Position numbers and translations under genes: made by a program. This document shows, in pieces, positions 50,258 to 59,755 of a stretch of 64,000 nucleotides of DNA. The stretch is taken from contig JAWOCT010000065.1 of assembly GCA_046483675.1 (NCBI GenBank), positions 21,499 through 85,498 on the forward strand, given 5' to 3'. The first letter of the stretch is position 1. Each line of letters opens with the position of its first letter. Below the pieces are notes generated by a model, which worked only from the letters and a program-made list of their open reading frames with translations, ran no database searches and was not told where the DNA came from. Origin of the DNA: Cyclonatronaceae bacterium (GTDB lineage Bacteria > Bacteroidota > Rhodothermia > Balneolales > Natronogracilivirgulaceae).

Positions 50258-51658
50258 TTATCCTTCACCTGGTCCGGTTTTGCCGCCCGAGTTTTCAAGC
50301 ACCTTCACTTCGACCTTGGAAAGACGGTTGTTATCCATTTCATCGACCGTGAGTTCCAGTCCCTTGAACGTAATGGTCTCGCCCTCTTCCGGTATGCGTT
50401 CGAGCAAATGGTAAATGAGACCGCCCAGCGTCTCATATTCATCCTCATCCGTCGTAAGCTCCAAAGAAAGGATGTCCGCCATATCATCCAGATCGATCTT
50501 GGCATCAAAAATATAATTGCCGGATTTTTTCCTGGTAAAAAGTTCGACGGTTTCCGTGTATTCATCCGTGATCTCGCCGATGATCTCCTCCAGCACATCA
50601 TCCAGGGTAATGACCCCTTCGGTGCCCCCGTATTCATCGACCACAATGGCGATATGGGTTTTCTCCCGCTGGAAGTCCCGGAGCAGATCGTCCAGCTTTT
50701 TGGTTGTCGGAATAAACAATGGTTTGCGGGCCAATGTCTTCCAATTGATGGTAGTGGCTCCAAGATCTGAATTGATGTAGGGGAGCAAGTCCTTGGAGTG
50801 AATGATGCCTGTTATATTGTCCAGATTATCCTCATAAAGTGGCAGCCGGGATATGCTTTTTTCCCGGATCAGATCCAGCACTTCCTGCAAGGTGTTCTGG
50901 GTATTGATAGCCGAGATATTTACCCGTGAGGTCATGATCTCCCGGACATAAGTCTTGCCAAACTCGATGACATTTTCGATGATCTCCCTTTCGTCGCCAT
51001 GGATGGATCCGTGCAGTTCCCCTACTTCGGCGATGGCCTTAAGGTCCTCCGTTGAAATGGTGTCGAATGGCCGTGGTATGTTTTTTTCAAGGACACGAGT
51101 GCTCTGTGATATCAAGCGGGATAATGGTCCAAATATCACGAAGAAGAAGTAGAGCAGGCCGCTGAACTTTCTCGAGACCTGAAGGGGCATGTTCAAGGCG
51201 AGCAGTTTTGGAGTGATTTCAGCCAGGATTACTATAGCGAAAGTGAGCACAATGATCTCAGCGGTAAATACGATCACCTGAGGCAACTCGAACAGGGATA
51301 CCAGCCTTCCGGTAACCACAGCTGCACCGACGGCCGTAATGATGTTGGCAAACGTATTTCCGATCAATATCGTAGCCAGAAGCTGCCTGGGTTTGTCCAG
51401 CATGTAGAGCACTCTGCCCAGCGCACCATCCTTTTCAGCATCTTTGATGGTTTTTCGGTCCACCTTCTTGTCCAGTGAGAAGAAAGCCACTTCCGCTCCG
51501 GAAAAGAACGCTGAAAAGGCAAGGCCCATCAAAATAATTACGATGAGGACAATGAAATCGACCGGATTGACAAGAAGTGTATCAAAGGTACTTCCCTCCG
51601 CTGCTTTCCACAGGCGGCTGCCGGCATCCATTATCTGAAACACCAAAAAGTTATTCAA
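50258..51658 (-). CDS. CNNM/HlyC-CorC family membrane protein (DUF21 + 2 CBS + CorC_HlyC), GldE-like
   Basis: An N-terminal 4-TM DUF21 domain, a CBS pair (IMTSRVNI..., IHSKDLL), and a C-terminal transporter-associated domain. Adjacency to ssb mirrors the gldE-ssb arrangement known in Flavobacterium. Confidence 0.85.
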   Translation of the reverse strand: MNNFLVFQIMDAGSRLWKAAEGSTFDTLLVNPVDFIVLIVIILMGLAFSAFFSGAEVAFFSLDKKVDRKTIKDAEKDGALGRVLYMLDKPRQLLATILIGNTFANIITAVGAAVVTGRLVSLFELPQVIVFTAEIIVLTFAIVILAEITPKLLALNMPLQVSRKFSGLLYFFFVIFGPLSRLISQSTRVLEKNIPRPFDTISTEDLKAIAEVGELHGSIHGDEREIIENVIEFGKTYVREIMTSRVNISAINTQNTLQEVLDLIREKSISRLPLYEDNLDNITGIIHSKDLLPYINSDLGATTINWKTLARKPLFIPTTKKLDDLLRDFQREKTHIAIVVDEYGGTEGVITLDDVLEEIIGEITDEYTETVELFTRKKSGNYIFDAKIDLDDMADILSLELTTDEDEYETLGGLIYHLLERIPEEGETITFKGLELTVDEMDNNRLSKVEVKVLENSGGKTGPGEG

Positions 51659-51781
51659 CGGAGTTAAGAAATCGGTACAGGAATATAGACAGCTGAAAGC
51701 TAACTACATTCCGGGTCGCATGCAATGCTGTCATCCGATATGACCTCAATTCGTAACAGCAGTGCAAGTCCGGTAATTAAA

Positions 51782-51810
51782 GGCGGGCTTCCTTACTGAC
51801 GAAACCCGCC
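51782..51810 (-). terminator. possible terminator hairpin after ssb
   Basis: GGCGGG-(17 nt)-CCCGCC with A/T-rich flanks, 17 bp downstream of the ssb stop. The T-run on the minus strand is short (TTTAATT). Confidence 0.4.
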
Positions 51811-51826
51811 TTTTGTTTGTGTCCGG

Positions 51827-52252
51827 TCAGAAGGGAAGGTCATCATCCCCGCCAGAATCGTCCCCGTCATTGACGGAGAGTTCCTCCTTGGCCGGGGCCT
51901 GATACTCCCCTCCGGAATCAGTACGGCTGTCCAGCACCTGCATAGTCAGCGCCTTGATCTCGGTTGTATACTGTTTCTGGCCTTCTTTGTCCTCCCAGGA
52001 CCGTGTTTGTATCGGACCTTCGAAGTATACCAGCGACCCTTTCTTCAGCAACTGCTGGCAATTTTCCGCCAGCCGGCCCCAGGCCACGATCCTGTGCCAC
52101 TCGGTTGTTTCCTGCAGTTCGCCGTTGCTGTCACGGTACCGTTCATTGGTAGCCACTCTCATGTTGGCTACTGCGGTGTTGCTCTGTGTGTAGCGAACCT
52201 CGGGATCCGCCCCGAGTCGTCCGATAACCATTGCTTTGTTCAGTGATCCCAT
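51827..52252 (-). CDS. ssb: single-stranded DNA-binding protein
   Basis: The Met at 52252 gives [22 protein letters not shown], followed by an OB fold ([12 protein letters not shown]) and the acidic tip DDDLPF. Confidence 0.93.
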   Translation of the reverse strand: MGSLNKAMVIGRLGADPEVRYTQSNTAVANMRVATNERYRDSNGELQETTEWHRIVAWGRLAENCQQLLKKGSLVYFEGPIQTRSWEDKEGQKQYTTEIKALTMQVLDSRTDSGGEYQAPAKEELSVNDGDDSGGDDDLPF

Positions 52253-52403
52253 ATGTCTTCCTTGGTTACGTTTCCATTTGCTTTCGGTACGGAATAGACC
52301 ATGCCGGACAAGATTCCTTACACGATAGACCGGCTTAATTGATACCGTTTTGTTGCATCTGACAAAATGGTACACATTCCCCGCACCATATTCAAAAATT
52401 GAT

Positions 52404-53267
52404 TCAGGGATACACCCCGCTTTTCTCCATTTCCATGAGTTTGTTGATGCGCAGACCGGTGTCGGGGTGGGTGGAGAACAGCCGGCTCATTCCTCTTGCG
52501 GAGAACGGGTTTACCGGGAACATGTGCGCCGTGGACCGCTGGGCCGCCTCAGAGGCCTGCATGGGCGTGCGCTGCACCGAAGCCTGGATTTTCCGGAGTG
52601 CACTGGCCAGGCTTTCTGCGCTGCCGCATATCTCGGCACCAACCCGATCGGCTTCAAACTCTCGGGTCCGTGATATGGCCGACTGCAGCATGGCAGCGGC
52701 CAGGGGAGCGAGGATCAGTGTCAGAAGCAGCACAACTGGATTAGGACCGCTGCCATCCCCCCTTCCGATTGGAAAGAAAATGGCAAACTGAGCGATCATG
52801 GTGATGGCACTCACCACCGTGGTCACGATAGTCTGGGTCAGGATATCCCGGTTTTTGATATGCGCCAGCTCATGCGCCATCACCCCGCGCAATTCCCGTT
52901 CGTTGAGGCTCTGCAGGATTCCCTGTGTGGCAGCTACAGCGGCATTTTGGGGATTACGCCCCGTTGCAAAGGCGTTGGGCTGCTGCTGTGGGATGATATA
53001 GACCTTGGGCATAGGGATATTGGCATTGCGGGACAGTTCCTCGACCATGGAATAAAACCGTGGTGCGTTATCCCTGTTCACCTCCTGTGCACGGTACATC
53101 CTGAGCACCAGCTTGTCGGAATACCAGTAGCTGAAGAAATTCATGGACAACGCAATCACAAGGGCGATGATCATGCCGGTCTGCCCGCCCAGCATGCCGC
53201 CGATTAACAAAAAAAGCAGCGCTACCAGCGCCATGAGAAACACGGTCCTGAAAGTGTTTTTGATCAT
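52404..53267 (-). CDS. htpX: zinc metalloprotease HtpX (M48)
   Basis: The HEXXH motif is [12 protein letters not shown]. There are four TM segments and a C-terminal STHP...RI motif. Confidence 0.93.
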   Translation of the reverse strand: MIKNTFRTVFLMALVALLFLLIGGMLGGQTGMIIALVIALSMNFFSYWYSDKLVLRMYRAQEVNRDNAPRFYSMVEELSRNANIPMPKVYIIPQQQPNAFATGRNPQNAAVAATQGILQSLNERELRGVMAHELAHIKNRDILTQTIVTTVVSAITMIAQFAIFFPIGRGDGSGPNPVVLLLTLILAPLAAAMLQSAISRTREFEADRVGAEICGSAESLASALRKIQASVQRTPMQASEAAQRSTAHMFPVNPFSARGMSRLFSTHPDTGLRINKLMEMEKSGVYP

Positions 53268-53506
53268 TCAGTTAAACCTCCTTGTCAGATACGGTTAAAA
53301 AAGATTTTTTTTGATATATAACATACGGCACCAATAAAATATTTTTTGGTAATTGACTAACAGCAATTTTTCGCAATGAATTTCATAATTTTACAGTATG
53401 ATTACATCTTTTTTATTATCCTTTTCGGAAACAGCATGCTTAACTGGACCGGCAGCGCCGGCATCAGTCACTTGAAACATCGATCTTGCCCTAAAACCAC
53501 CTCTCC

Positions 53507-54967
53507 ATGTCAAAAAAGAAGTCAAACAACGGCTCATTCAGCAGAAGGGATTTTTTAAAAACAGGCGCGCTTTCCGGAATGATGCTCGGTTCCGGAGCCA
53601 TGCTGAGCAGTTGCTCCTCTCAAAATGCCAGGGCCGGGGCTGGCGATGCAAAAAATATCATCTTCCTGGTCAGTGACGGCATGAGCAGCGGAACCCTGGC
53701 TGCCGCCGATCACTTGCTCCGCCGTCACTACGGACGTCCCTCGCACTGGATCTCACTTTATGAACAGCAAAGGGTCAACCGGGGCCTTATGGATATGGCT
53801 TCGGCCAACTCCATTGTCACCGGATCGGCCGCCGCATCCTCCTCATGGGGTTCCGGACATCGTGTTGTCAACGGCCGTGTCAACATGAACGAAGACGGAC
53901 AGGCGCTCAAACCCATCCTCCGCATTTTCCAGGATGCCGGAAAGGCGACCGGTCTGGCTACCACGGCCACCATCACGCACGCCACCCCGGCCGGTTTCAG
54001 CGCCAACGTCATGGCACGCGGCGACCAGCACATCATCGCCGAGCAGTATCTTGAGCGCGGGTACGATGTACTGCTCGGCGGCGGCAATCTGTTTTTTGAT
54101 GCCGAGCACCGGGAGGATCAGCGCGACCTGTACAGTGAATTCGCCCAAACGGGATACAAGGTCGTCCGCAAGAAAAACGATCTTATGCAATTCGGCGGCG
54201 ACGAGAAACTCCTCGGTATTTTCGATGATGGCCACGTTCCCTACACCCTCGACCATATCAATACCGAGGAACTGCGCCGCGACATTCCCTCGCTGGCCGA
54301 GATGACCGAGACCGCCATCAACCGCCTTTCGAAGAATCCCAACGGGTTCATCCTGCAAGTGGAAGGCGCACGAGTGGATCACGCCGCCCACGGCAATGAC
54401 GCCGCCGGCCTCGTCTACGACCAGATAGCCTTTGATGACGCCATCGGCAAAGCGCTCGAATTCGCCGAAAATCGGGAGGATACGCTCATCATCATTACGA
54501 CCGACCACGGTAATGGCAATCCGGGCCTCAGCGGCGTCGGTTCGGGCTACAATGACAGCGGTCCGCGCTTTGATCTCCTGGCCGAATTCCGCCATACCAA
54601 CAACTGGTTCCTTCCCCAGCTGAACGAGAACAGCTCGGTCAGCCAGATCCGCGAACTGGTGGAGTATGCCACAAAAATCGAGATCCGCCGGGATGAAGCC
54701 GAAACCCTGCGCAAGGCCTATGCCGGTGAATTCGTAAACCTGAACAGGATGATGAGCCGGCCCTGGCCCGTAATGGGACAGATACTGGCCAACTATCTGG
54801 CGTTTAGCTGGGTCGGGACCGCGCACACGGCGGATTATGTCGAGCTGGCTGTGATGGGCCCGGGAAGCGACCGCATCGGCCCCCTCACCCGCAACACCGA
54901 CCTGTTCCATCTGATGGTGGAGATGGCCGGAGTGCAAGCTTATACCGAGGATTATTCGGAGGCCTGA
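53507..54967 (+). CDS. alkaline phosphatase (PhoA family), Tat signal plus lipobox
   Basis: The twin-arginine leader is SRRDFLKTGALSGMMLGSGAMLSSC. The active-site region is SDGMSSGT. Metal-ligand regions are VEGARVDHAAHGND and TTDHGNG. Confidence 0.88.
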   Translation: MSKKKSNNGSFSRRDFLKTGALSGMMLGSGAMLSSCSSQNARAGAGDAKNIIFLVSDGMSSGTLAAADHLLRRHYGRPSHWISLYEQQRVNRGLMDMASANSIVTGSAAASSSWGSGHRVVNGRVNMNEDGQALKPILRIFQDAGKATGLATTATITHATPAGFSANVMARGDQHIIAEQYLERGYDVLLGGGNLFFDAEHREDQRDLYSEFAQTGYKVVRKKNDLMQFGGDEKLLGIFDDGHVPYTLDHINTEELRRDIPSLAEMTETAINRLSKNPNGFILQVEGARVDHAAHGNDAAGLVYDQIAFDDAIGKALEFAENREDTLIIITTDHGNGNPGLSGVGSGYNDSGPRFDLLAEFRHTNNWFLPQLNENSSVSQIRELVEYATKIEIRRDEAETLRKAYAGEFVNLNRMMSRPWPVMGQILANYLAFSWVGTAHTADYVELAVMGPGSDRIGPLTRNTDLFHLMVEMAGVQAYTEDYSEA

Positions 54968-55027
54968 CCTGCCGGTTTGCTAACAAACAGGTTGCACCAG
55001 CTGGCTCGACGAGAGACTCTGCCGTCC

Positions 55028-55076
55028 TGCAGCCAGAGACTGCATCGACATGCAGCCAGAGACTGCATCGACATGC
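55028..55076. repeat. 23-bp tandem repeat (2 copies plus a partial third), each with an internal inverted repeat
   Basis: tgcagccagagactgcatcgaca at 55028 and 55051, then tgcgg. Each unit contains TGCAG...CTGCA. It lies between the convergent alkaline phosphatase and queG genes. Confidence 0.8.
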
Positions 55077-55079
55077 GGC

Positions 55080-56084
55080 CTAAGGCTTCTTTTTCTTGCC
55101 GGCAACATTGATAAATGTACGGTCTGACCTGCGCAGGTTGGTGCCGGCAATCCTGATATTCCGGTGAAGTCCTTCGAATTTCGCGCGCTTCACGGCGCTT
55201 CGCCGGAACAGCTCCCTGTATTCCTGCAGATTCAGCTCCTCCCAGAAATCCACGTCGCGATCGACCGCATCAGGCCGTGCGAACAGCCTCTGTTCCGATC
55301 CGCTGCGCGCTTTCCGGTTCCAGGGACACACATCCTGGCAGATATCGCATCCAAAAATCCACTCTCCCATCTGCTCGTGATACTCCTGTGGTATCTCGTC
55401 CCGCAATTCGATCGTGAAATAGGATATGCACTTGCTGCCATCCACCTTGTAGGGCTCATGGATGGCATCGGTGGGACAGGCATCAATACACCGGGTGCAG
55501 CTACCACAATGATCTGCCACCGGCTCATCGTATTCGAATTCCGCATCCAGGATCATTTCCCCCAGGAAAAACCATGATCCCCATTCCCGGTTGAGGACAT
55601 TGGTGTGCTTGCCCAACCAGCCGACACCCGACTCCACGGCCCAGGCCTTGTCCAGCACCGGAGCCGTATCCACAAAAACGCGTCCTTCCACCCCGCCGGT
55701 CACTTCCCCGGTAAAGGCAAAAAGTTCGAACAGTTTGTCCTTCATCACATTGTGATAATCCTCCCCGAGTGCATACTTCGAGATTTTCGGATGTTCCGAG
55801 TGGAGCTGACCACGCGCAAGTTCCGGCTGGTGATAGCTCATCATGACCGAGACGACCGACCGGGCACCGGGCACCAGCTTGCGGGGGTCCACCCGCTTGT
55901 CGAAGTGCCGCTCCATCCATTGCATGGTGCCATGGCGTCCCTCCTTGAGCCACTGCTCCAGCCGGCTTTCCTGTTCCTCCAGACGGCGCGCCCGGGCAAA
56001 CCCGATCGCATCAAAACCGAGCCTGAGCGCTTCGCGGCGGATCCGCCCGGTTCGCTCCATCAAGTTGTTGGCATATCCGCTCAT
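55080..56084 (-). CDS. queG: epoxyqueuosine reductase
   Basis: Two ferredoxin-type clusters, CGSCTRCIDACPT and CDICQDVCPWN. Also a cobalamin-domain N-terminus and a C-terminal HEAT-like tail; 334 aa. Confidence 0.9.
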   Translation of the reverse strand: MSGYANNLMERTGRIRREALRLGFDAIGFARARRLEEQESRLEQWLKEGRHGTMQWMERHFDKRVDPRKLVPGARSVVSVMMSYHQPELARGQLHSEHPKISKYALGEDYHNVMKDKLFELFAFTGEVTGGVEGRVFVDTAPVLDKAWAVESGVGWLGKHTNVLNREWGSWFFLGEMILDAEFEYDEPVADHCGSCTRCIDACPTDAIHEPYKVDGSKCISYFTIELRDEIPQEYHEQMGEWIFGCDICQDVCPWNRKARSGSEQRLFARPDAVDRDVDFWEELNLQEYRELFRRSAVKRAKFEGLHRNIRIAGTNLRRSDRTFINVAGKKKKP

Positions 56085-57343
56085 TGGTTCTTGCGATCTG
56101 TTTTCGATCCGGGTGGATGCGGGGATGCCTCTTCCGGGCGACTCGGCGGGGTTCCTCTTCCGGGTGGATGCGGGGGTGCTTCTTCCGGATGTTCGGCGGA
56201 TTCCGGGTGTTCCGTCGGGGCCGCATCGTCCGGATGGACATCCGGAGGCGCGTTGCCCTGCTTCGGGTCCGCGGGGACGTCAGCCGTTTTCATTAGCTCT
56301 TCACGCAGGCGCCGGCGAAAATCCTCTTCGTCCACGGCCAGATCGCGCACCTTCCACTGCTGCACTTTTACCTGCTGCTTGACGATTTCCAGCGAACGGT
56401 CTACGGTATCAACAACCAGTCGGTCCAGTTCGGTATCCTCTTCCTTCAGCAGTATGGCATCAAACAGCACATCGGCTGTCTCGTTGATAAGTACCCGGTT
56501 GCGCTTTGAGGCCAGATCCTGCATAATGCCATTGATTACGCTGAACACCATGTCGCCAATGGCTTTTTCAATGGTGCTGCGCATAAGGGATCCGAATACC
56601 GGGATCTGCTCGAGACGGGCAAATTCCTCATTTTCATCCACCGCCACATTGATGCGCTCCAGAACATATTCGCGGATATCCTCCCGGTATCCCTCGTAAT
56701 TGTCGTTGGCCACTTTCTCGATGCGGTGTGACATCCACTCCACCAGCGGCTCCCGCTGGGGCATGACCACCTCATTTATGATACGGTCGACCACGGGCCC
56801 GCCGTTGCGCACCTCCTGCTGGATATCGCTCAGGATATTCAGGGTTACGCGATCGGACAGTTCCTCGAGCAGGATGCCATAATACTTGCGGATGAACCGT
56901 ACCAGGGTAGTATCACTCAGGTCGATTATCCCGTTTCTCTGCAGGCGGTACGTAATGGAGATGATCCGCAACAACCTCAGAAACCGGAATCCACCCACCG
57001 GTATACATCCCAGCAGATCGTAAATGTGGATGAACGGGAAGAAAAACCACCGGTGGTACATGCGGTTGTAGACCGCCATGATCCACCGCACAAAAAACTC
57101 GGCAAGGAAAACCGATACGAACATCAGGTCGATCAGGATGAACCGGGGATGGATGTTCGCAGCGTACATTTCGGTAAAAGCCGGAACAACCTGGTACAGA
57201 TAGCCGCGGATCAATTCGTATTCAAACAACCAGTCAAAGACGATCCAAACCAGATTGACCACCAGCAGGATGATCATGAGGAAGTCAAGCAGAAAAAAGC
57301 CGATTTGTCCGCTGTCGGGTTTGGATTCACCTGGATTAGCCAT
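56081..57343 (-). CDS. membrane protein with an S1-S4 voltage-sensor-like domain and a ~270-aa cytoplasmic helical domain; no pore module
   Basis: There are four TM segments. The S2-like segment carries Glu (VFLAEFFVRW), the S3-like segment carries Asp (IHIYDLLGCIP), and the S4-like segment is GGFRFLRLLRIISITYRLQR (RxxRxxR). No further hydrophobic segment follows. The stop overlaps the queG start by 4 bp. Confidence 0.7.
   Translation of the reverse strand: MANPGESKPDSGQIGFFLLDFLMIILLVVNLVWIVFDWLFEYELIRGYLYQVVPAFTEMYAANIHPRFILIDLMFVSVFLAEFFVRWIMAVYNRMYHRWFFFPFIHIYDLLGCIPVGGFRFLRLLRIISITYRLQRNGIIDLSDTTLVRFIRKYYGILLEELSDRVTLNILSDIQQEVRNGGPVVDRIINEVVMPQREPLVEWMSHRIEKVANDNYEGYREDIREYVLERINVAVDENEEFARLEQIPVFGSLMRSTIEKAIGDMVFSVINGIMQDLASKRNRVLINETADVLFDAILLKEEDTELDRLVVDTVDRSLEIVKQQVKVQQWKVRDLAVDEEDFRRRLREELMKTADVPADPKQGNAPPDVHPDDAAPTEHPESAEHPEEAPPHPPGRGTPPSRPEEASPHPPGSKTDRKNQ
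56109..56188 (-). repeat. 51-bp-period direct repeat in the 3' end of the voltage-sensor-like gene
   Basis: ccgggtggatgcggggatgcctcttccgg (56109) and ccgggtggatgcgggggtgcttcttccgg (56160). They encode PEEAPPHPPG / PEEASPHPPG. Confidence 0.8.
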
Positions 57344-57610
57344 GCCTTATGATGTAAGGTCCCGTTTTTCAATTCATGCCAAGATGATAACCTGATCTGA
57401 AGCAACTTTCAAAAGATGTTTTCCACTACTGGATGAGTTTGTTGCTTTTCCTCAGACAAGTGCCTTGGCAGGAATGGAAGCTTCGTAGACAACTTGTATT
57501 TTTTGATTGTCCGTTCCCGTTGTATTTTCAGTGCAAGTTTGAAATGCGATGTAAAACGACCCTGCATATCATAGACACCAGGTCTGATAAAGACTTTCAT
57601 TGTTTCTGCA

Positions 57611-58348
57611 ATGCCCCAAAAACTCTACAAAGGCCACAATAACAGTAACGCAGGATTTACGCTCTCCGGGATCGTGTCAATCGTGCTGATTGCGCTAAGC
57701 CAGGGAGGCCCCCTCGAAAAAATCAGCTCGGAAGTCACCACCCGCGTCTGGCAGGATGGTGTGACCGTCCAGTCCACTTCCTCGCTTTTTTACCATACCG
57801 ACGGAACCCTGGTAATCCACACCACCGAACCCGAGGAACTGATCATTAAGACCAACCGGCTTGGTGAGATGCATGCATACGACCCGGAAGATAATACCGT
57901 TGAATACGAGCAGAATCCTGACATGAGCTCCGAAACCAGTCAGTTCTTTCTATTCTTCCAGGGGCTCACGGACGATATGGGTTTGCGCAGACTGGGTTTC
58001 CGGCAATCGGGGACCGAATTTTCAGATGGCAATGAAATATCCTATTGGGATCCGCCCCCCGAGCTGGTTTCCCATTTATCCAAAGCAGAGCTGGTCCACC
58101 GGGACTACCGCCCGGTCTACATTGCCATGCATGATGTATCTGACCGCATCATCCAGCAAACCTATTTCCATTCCTACACGGAAATACTGGACCATGCTTT
58201 TCCGCAGAGAATCACGACCATCCAGTACGAATCCGAACAGGACTCGTTGGTCATGCAGACCCTCTTTGACAAGATTAAGGTCAACGAACAGGCCGACAGT
58301 CCATTTTTCAATTTTCAGATTCCCGATGATGCACAGATTATCCGGTAA
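57611..58348 (+). CDS. hypothetical exported protein, possibly LolA-like fold
   Basis: 245 aa with an N-terminal hydrophobic anchor FTLSGIVSIVLIALS. It looks beta-rich, and its C-terminal FNFQIPDDAQII resembles LolA/LolB-like tails. This is a weak, pattern-only call. Confidence 0.5.
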   Translation: MPQKLYKGHNNSNAGFTLSGIVSIVLIALSQGGPLEKISSEVTTRVWQDGVTVQSTSSLFYHTDGTLVIHTTEPEELIIKTNRLGEMHAYDPEDNTVEYEQNPDMSSETSQFFLFFQGLTDDMGLRRLGFRQSGTEFSDGNEISYWDPPPELVSHLSKAELVHRDYRPVYIAMHDVSDRIIQQTYFHSYTEILDHAFPQRITTIQYESEQDSLVMQTLFDKIKVNEQADSPFFNFQIPDDAQIIR

Positions 58349-58841
58349 CCTCACCGTTGCTTTCGCATTTACTCTGTTTCTGTCTGTTTTGGCTGCCAAC
58401 AAGGGCTTCTCGCAGTCAATTGAAACAGACATTGCACTGATAAGGCTGGCATCAGACATCCCCGTTTCGGACGGCTATGGTGTAGAGCGACACCTCCATC
58501 GCAAACATGCCCCTGACTCCGGCAGGCATAGCCGCCCACCCCGTTTCCTGGGCCGCAATGCGATGGAGCGATACAATCCGGTCTCGCTGGTATTAAGCGG
58601 ATCCCTGTACGCTTATCAGAATGCCATATCCCCCCAGCTCTCAAACCGTTGCATCTACCATCCCTCCTGTTCTGTCTTCAGCCGGGAGATCATAACCGAA
58701 AGAGGGTTGGTTCCGGGAATAATTCTGACAGCTGACCGCATATCCCGCTGCAATCGCCTATCAGCCATGGATGCCGCCGAGCACAGACTGGATTATGAGC
58801 AAGGCCGCATCATTGATGAAACCGCACGCTATCACAAATGA
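58326..58841 (+). CDS. YidD-domain protein (membrane protein insertion efficiency factor family) with a signal-peptide-like N-terminal extension
   Basis: The internal Met at 58326 gives MMHRLSGNLTVAFAFTLFLSVLAANKG. The YidD signature is YQNAISPQLSNRCIYHPSCSVFSREIITERGLVPGIILTADRISRCN. The upstream part of ORF 58026..58841 overlaps the previous gene in another frame and is probably not translated. Confidence 0.7.
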   Translation: MMHRLSGNLTVAFAFTLFLSVLAANKGFSQSIETDIALIRLASDIPVSDGYGVERHLHRKHAPDSGRHSRPPRFLGRNAMERYNPVSLVLSGSLYAYQNAISPQLSNRCIYHPSCSVFSREIITERGLVPGIILTADRISRCNRLSAMDAAEHRLDYEQGRIIDETARYHK

Positions 58842-59755
58842 GCACCTCCCGAAGCGCAACTCTGGTTATCATTGCATTCTTGTTGCTGTTTTTCGCGGCT
58901 GAATCGTTTTCGTTTTCGGGCACTGAACACAGTGAGTTTCGCTTTATCCGCCATCTCGTCGAACAGCAGTTCTGGGGTGACGCACTTCATGCCATAGTGG
59001 AATTCGAACATGACTACCGCCACACTCTGGCCCGAAAACCGGTACTGCAGGATTCACTCCATTTCCTGGCGGGGTGGTCAGCCTACAACCGGATGATGCT
59101 TCCGGCTGCCATCGAGCGGTTTCAGTATATCGGCAAAACGCACCCCAGCTATCTGCAGGCTGTGTTTTACACGTTCTACCTGCGAACATATCAGGCCAGC
59201 GTTCAGGGGGACCGCGAACATCTTCTGGCTGCAACCGGTGAACTTGCGTCGGCCGAATTCAGCAGGGAAGTCCATGCCGAGCTGCAGTCCTTTCAGCTGG
59301 CCGGAATGCATTTACTGCTCAGGGACTTTCCCGGTTTTGAATCTCATTCAGGATCATTTACCGGCAGCTTTTTTTCCATGGCCGAAGAACAGCAACGCTT
59401 TCGGCAGTACGCACTCGAATTGCAGCAGGCGGATAGTAAATCACCGCTTGTCGCCGCCCTGATGTCGGCACTTGTACCAGGCAGTGGGAAAATGTATGCC
59501 GGACGCCGGGGTGCAGGGATCAGCTCCTTTCTGCAGGTTGCCGTTTTCGGAGGGATTTTTGCGGAAAGCCTGACACGGTCCGGAGCCGGACATCCGCGCA
59601 CATGGGCCGCCGGATCTGCACTCGGCCTGTTTTATGTATCGAATATCTGGGGCAGCGCGATAGCTGTCAGAATAACACAGGAAGAAATCTATGAAGAAAT
59701 CGATCAGCGCATTCTGTTTGATCTGCATATTCCACTGCGCTCCGTATTCCGCTGA
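58838..59755 (+). CDS. membrane protein: signal peptide + helical-repeat (TPR-like) region + C-terminal PGSG-x-MYAG membrane motif
   Basis: There is an ATGA overlap with the YidD-domain gene. The N-terminus is LVIIAFLLLFFAAESFS. The C-terminus LMSALVPGSGKMYAGRRGAGISSFLQVAVFGG is paralogous to the next gene. Confidence 0.6.
   Translation: MSTSRSATLVIIAFLLLFFAAESFSFSGTEHSEFRFIRHLVEQQFWGDALHAIVEFEHDYRHTLARKPVLQDSLHFLAGWSAYNRMMLPAAIERFQYIGKTHPSYLQAVFYTFYLRTYQASVQGDREHLLAATGELASAEFSREVHAELQSFQLAGMHLLLRDFPGFESHSGSFTGSFFSMAEEQQRFRQYALELQQADSKSPLVAALMSALVPGSGKMYAGRRGAGISSFLQVAVFGGIFAESLTRSGAGHPRTWAAGSALGLFYVSNIWGSAIAVRITQEEIYEEIDQRILFDLHIPLRSVFR

Noticed and set aside
58026-58325. First 100 codons of ORF 58026..58841.
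   Set aside because: They overlap the 3' half of the preceding gene in another frame and are Ser/Arg/Thr/Pro-rich. The YidD-domain protein most plausibly starts at the Met pair at 58326 and 58329, which is followed by a hydrophobic leader.
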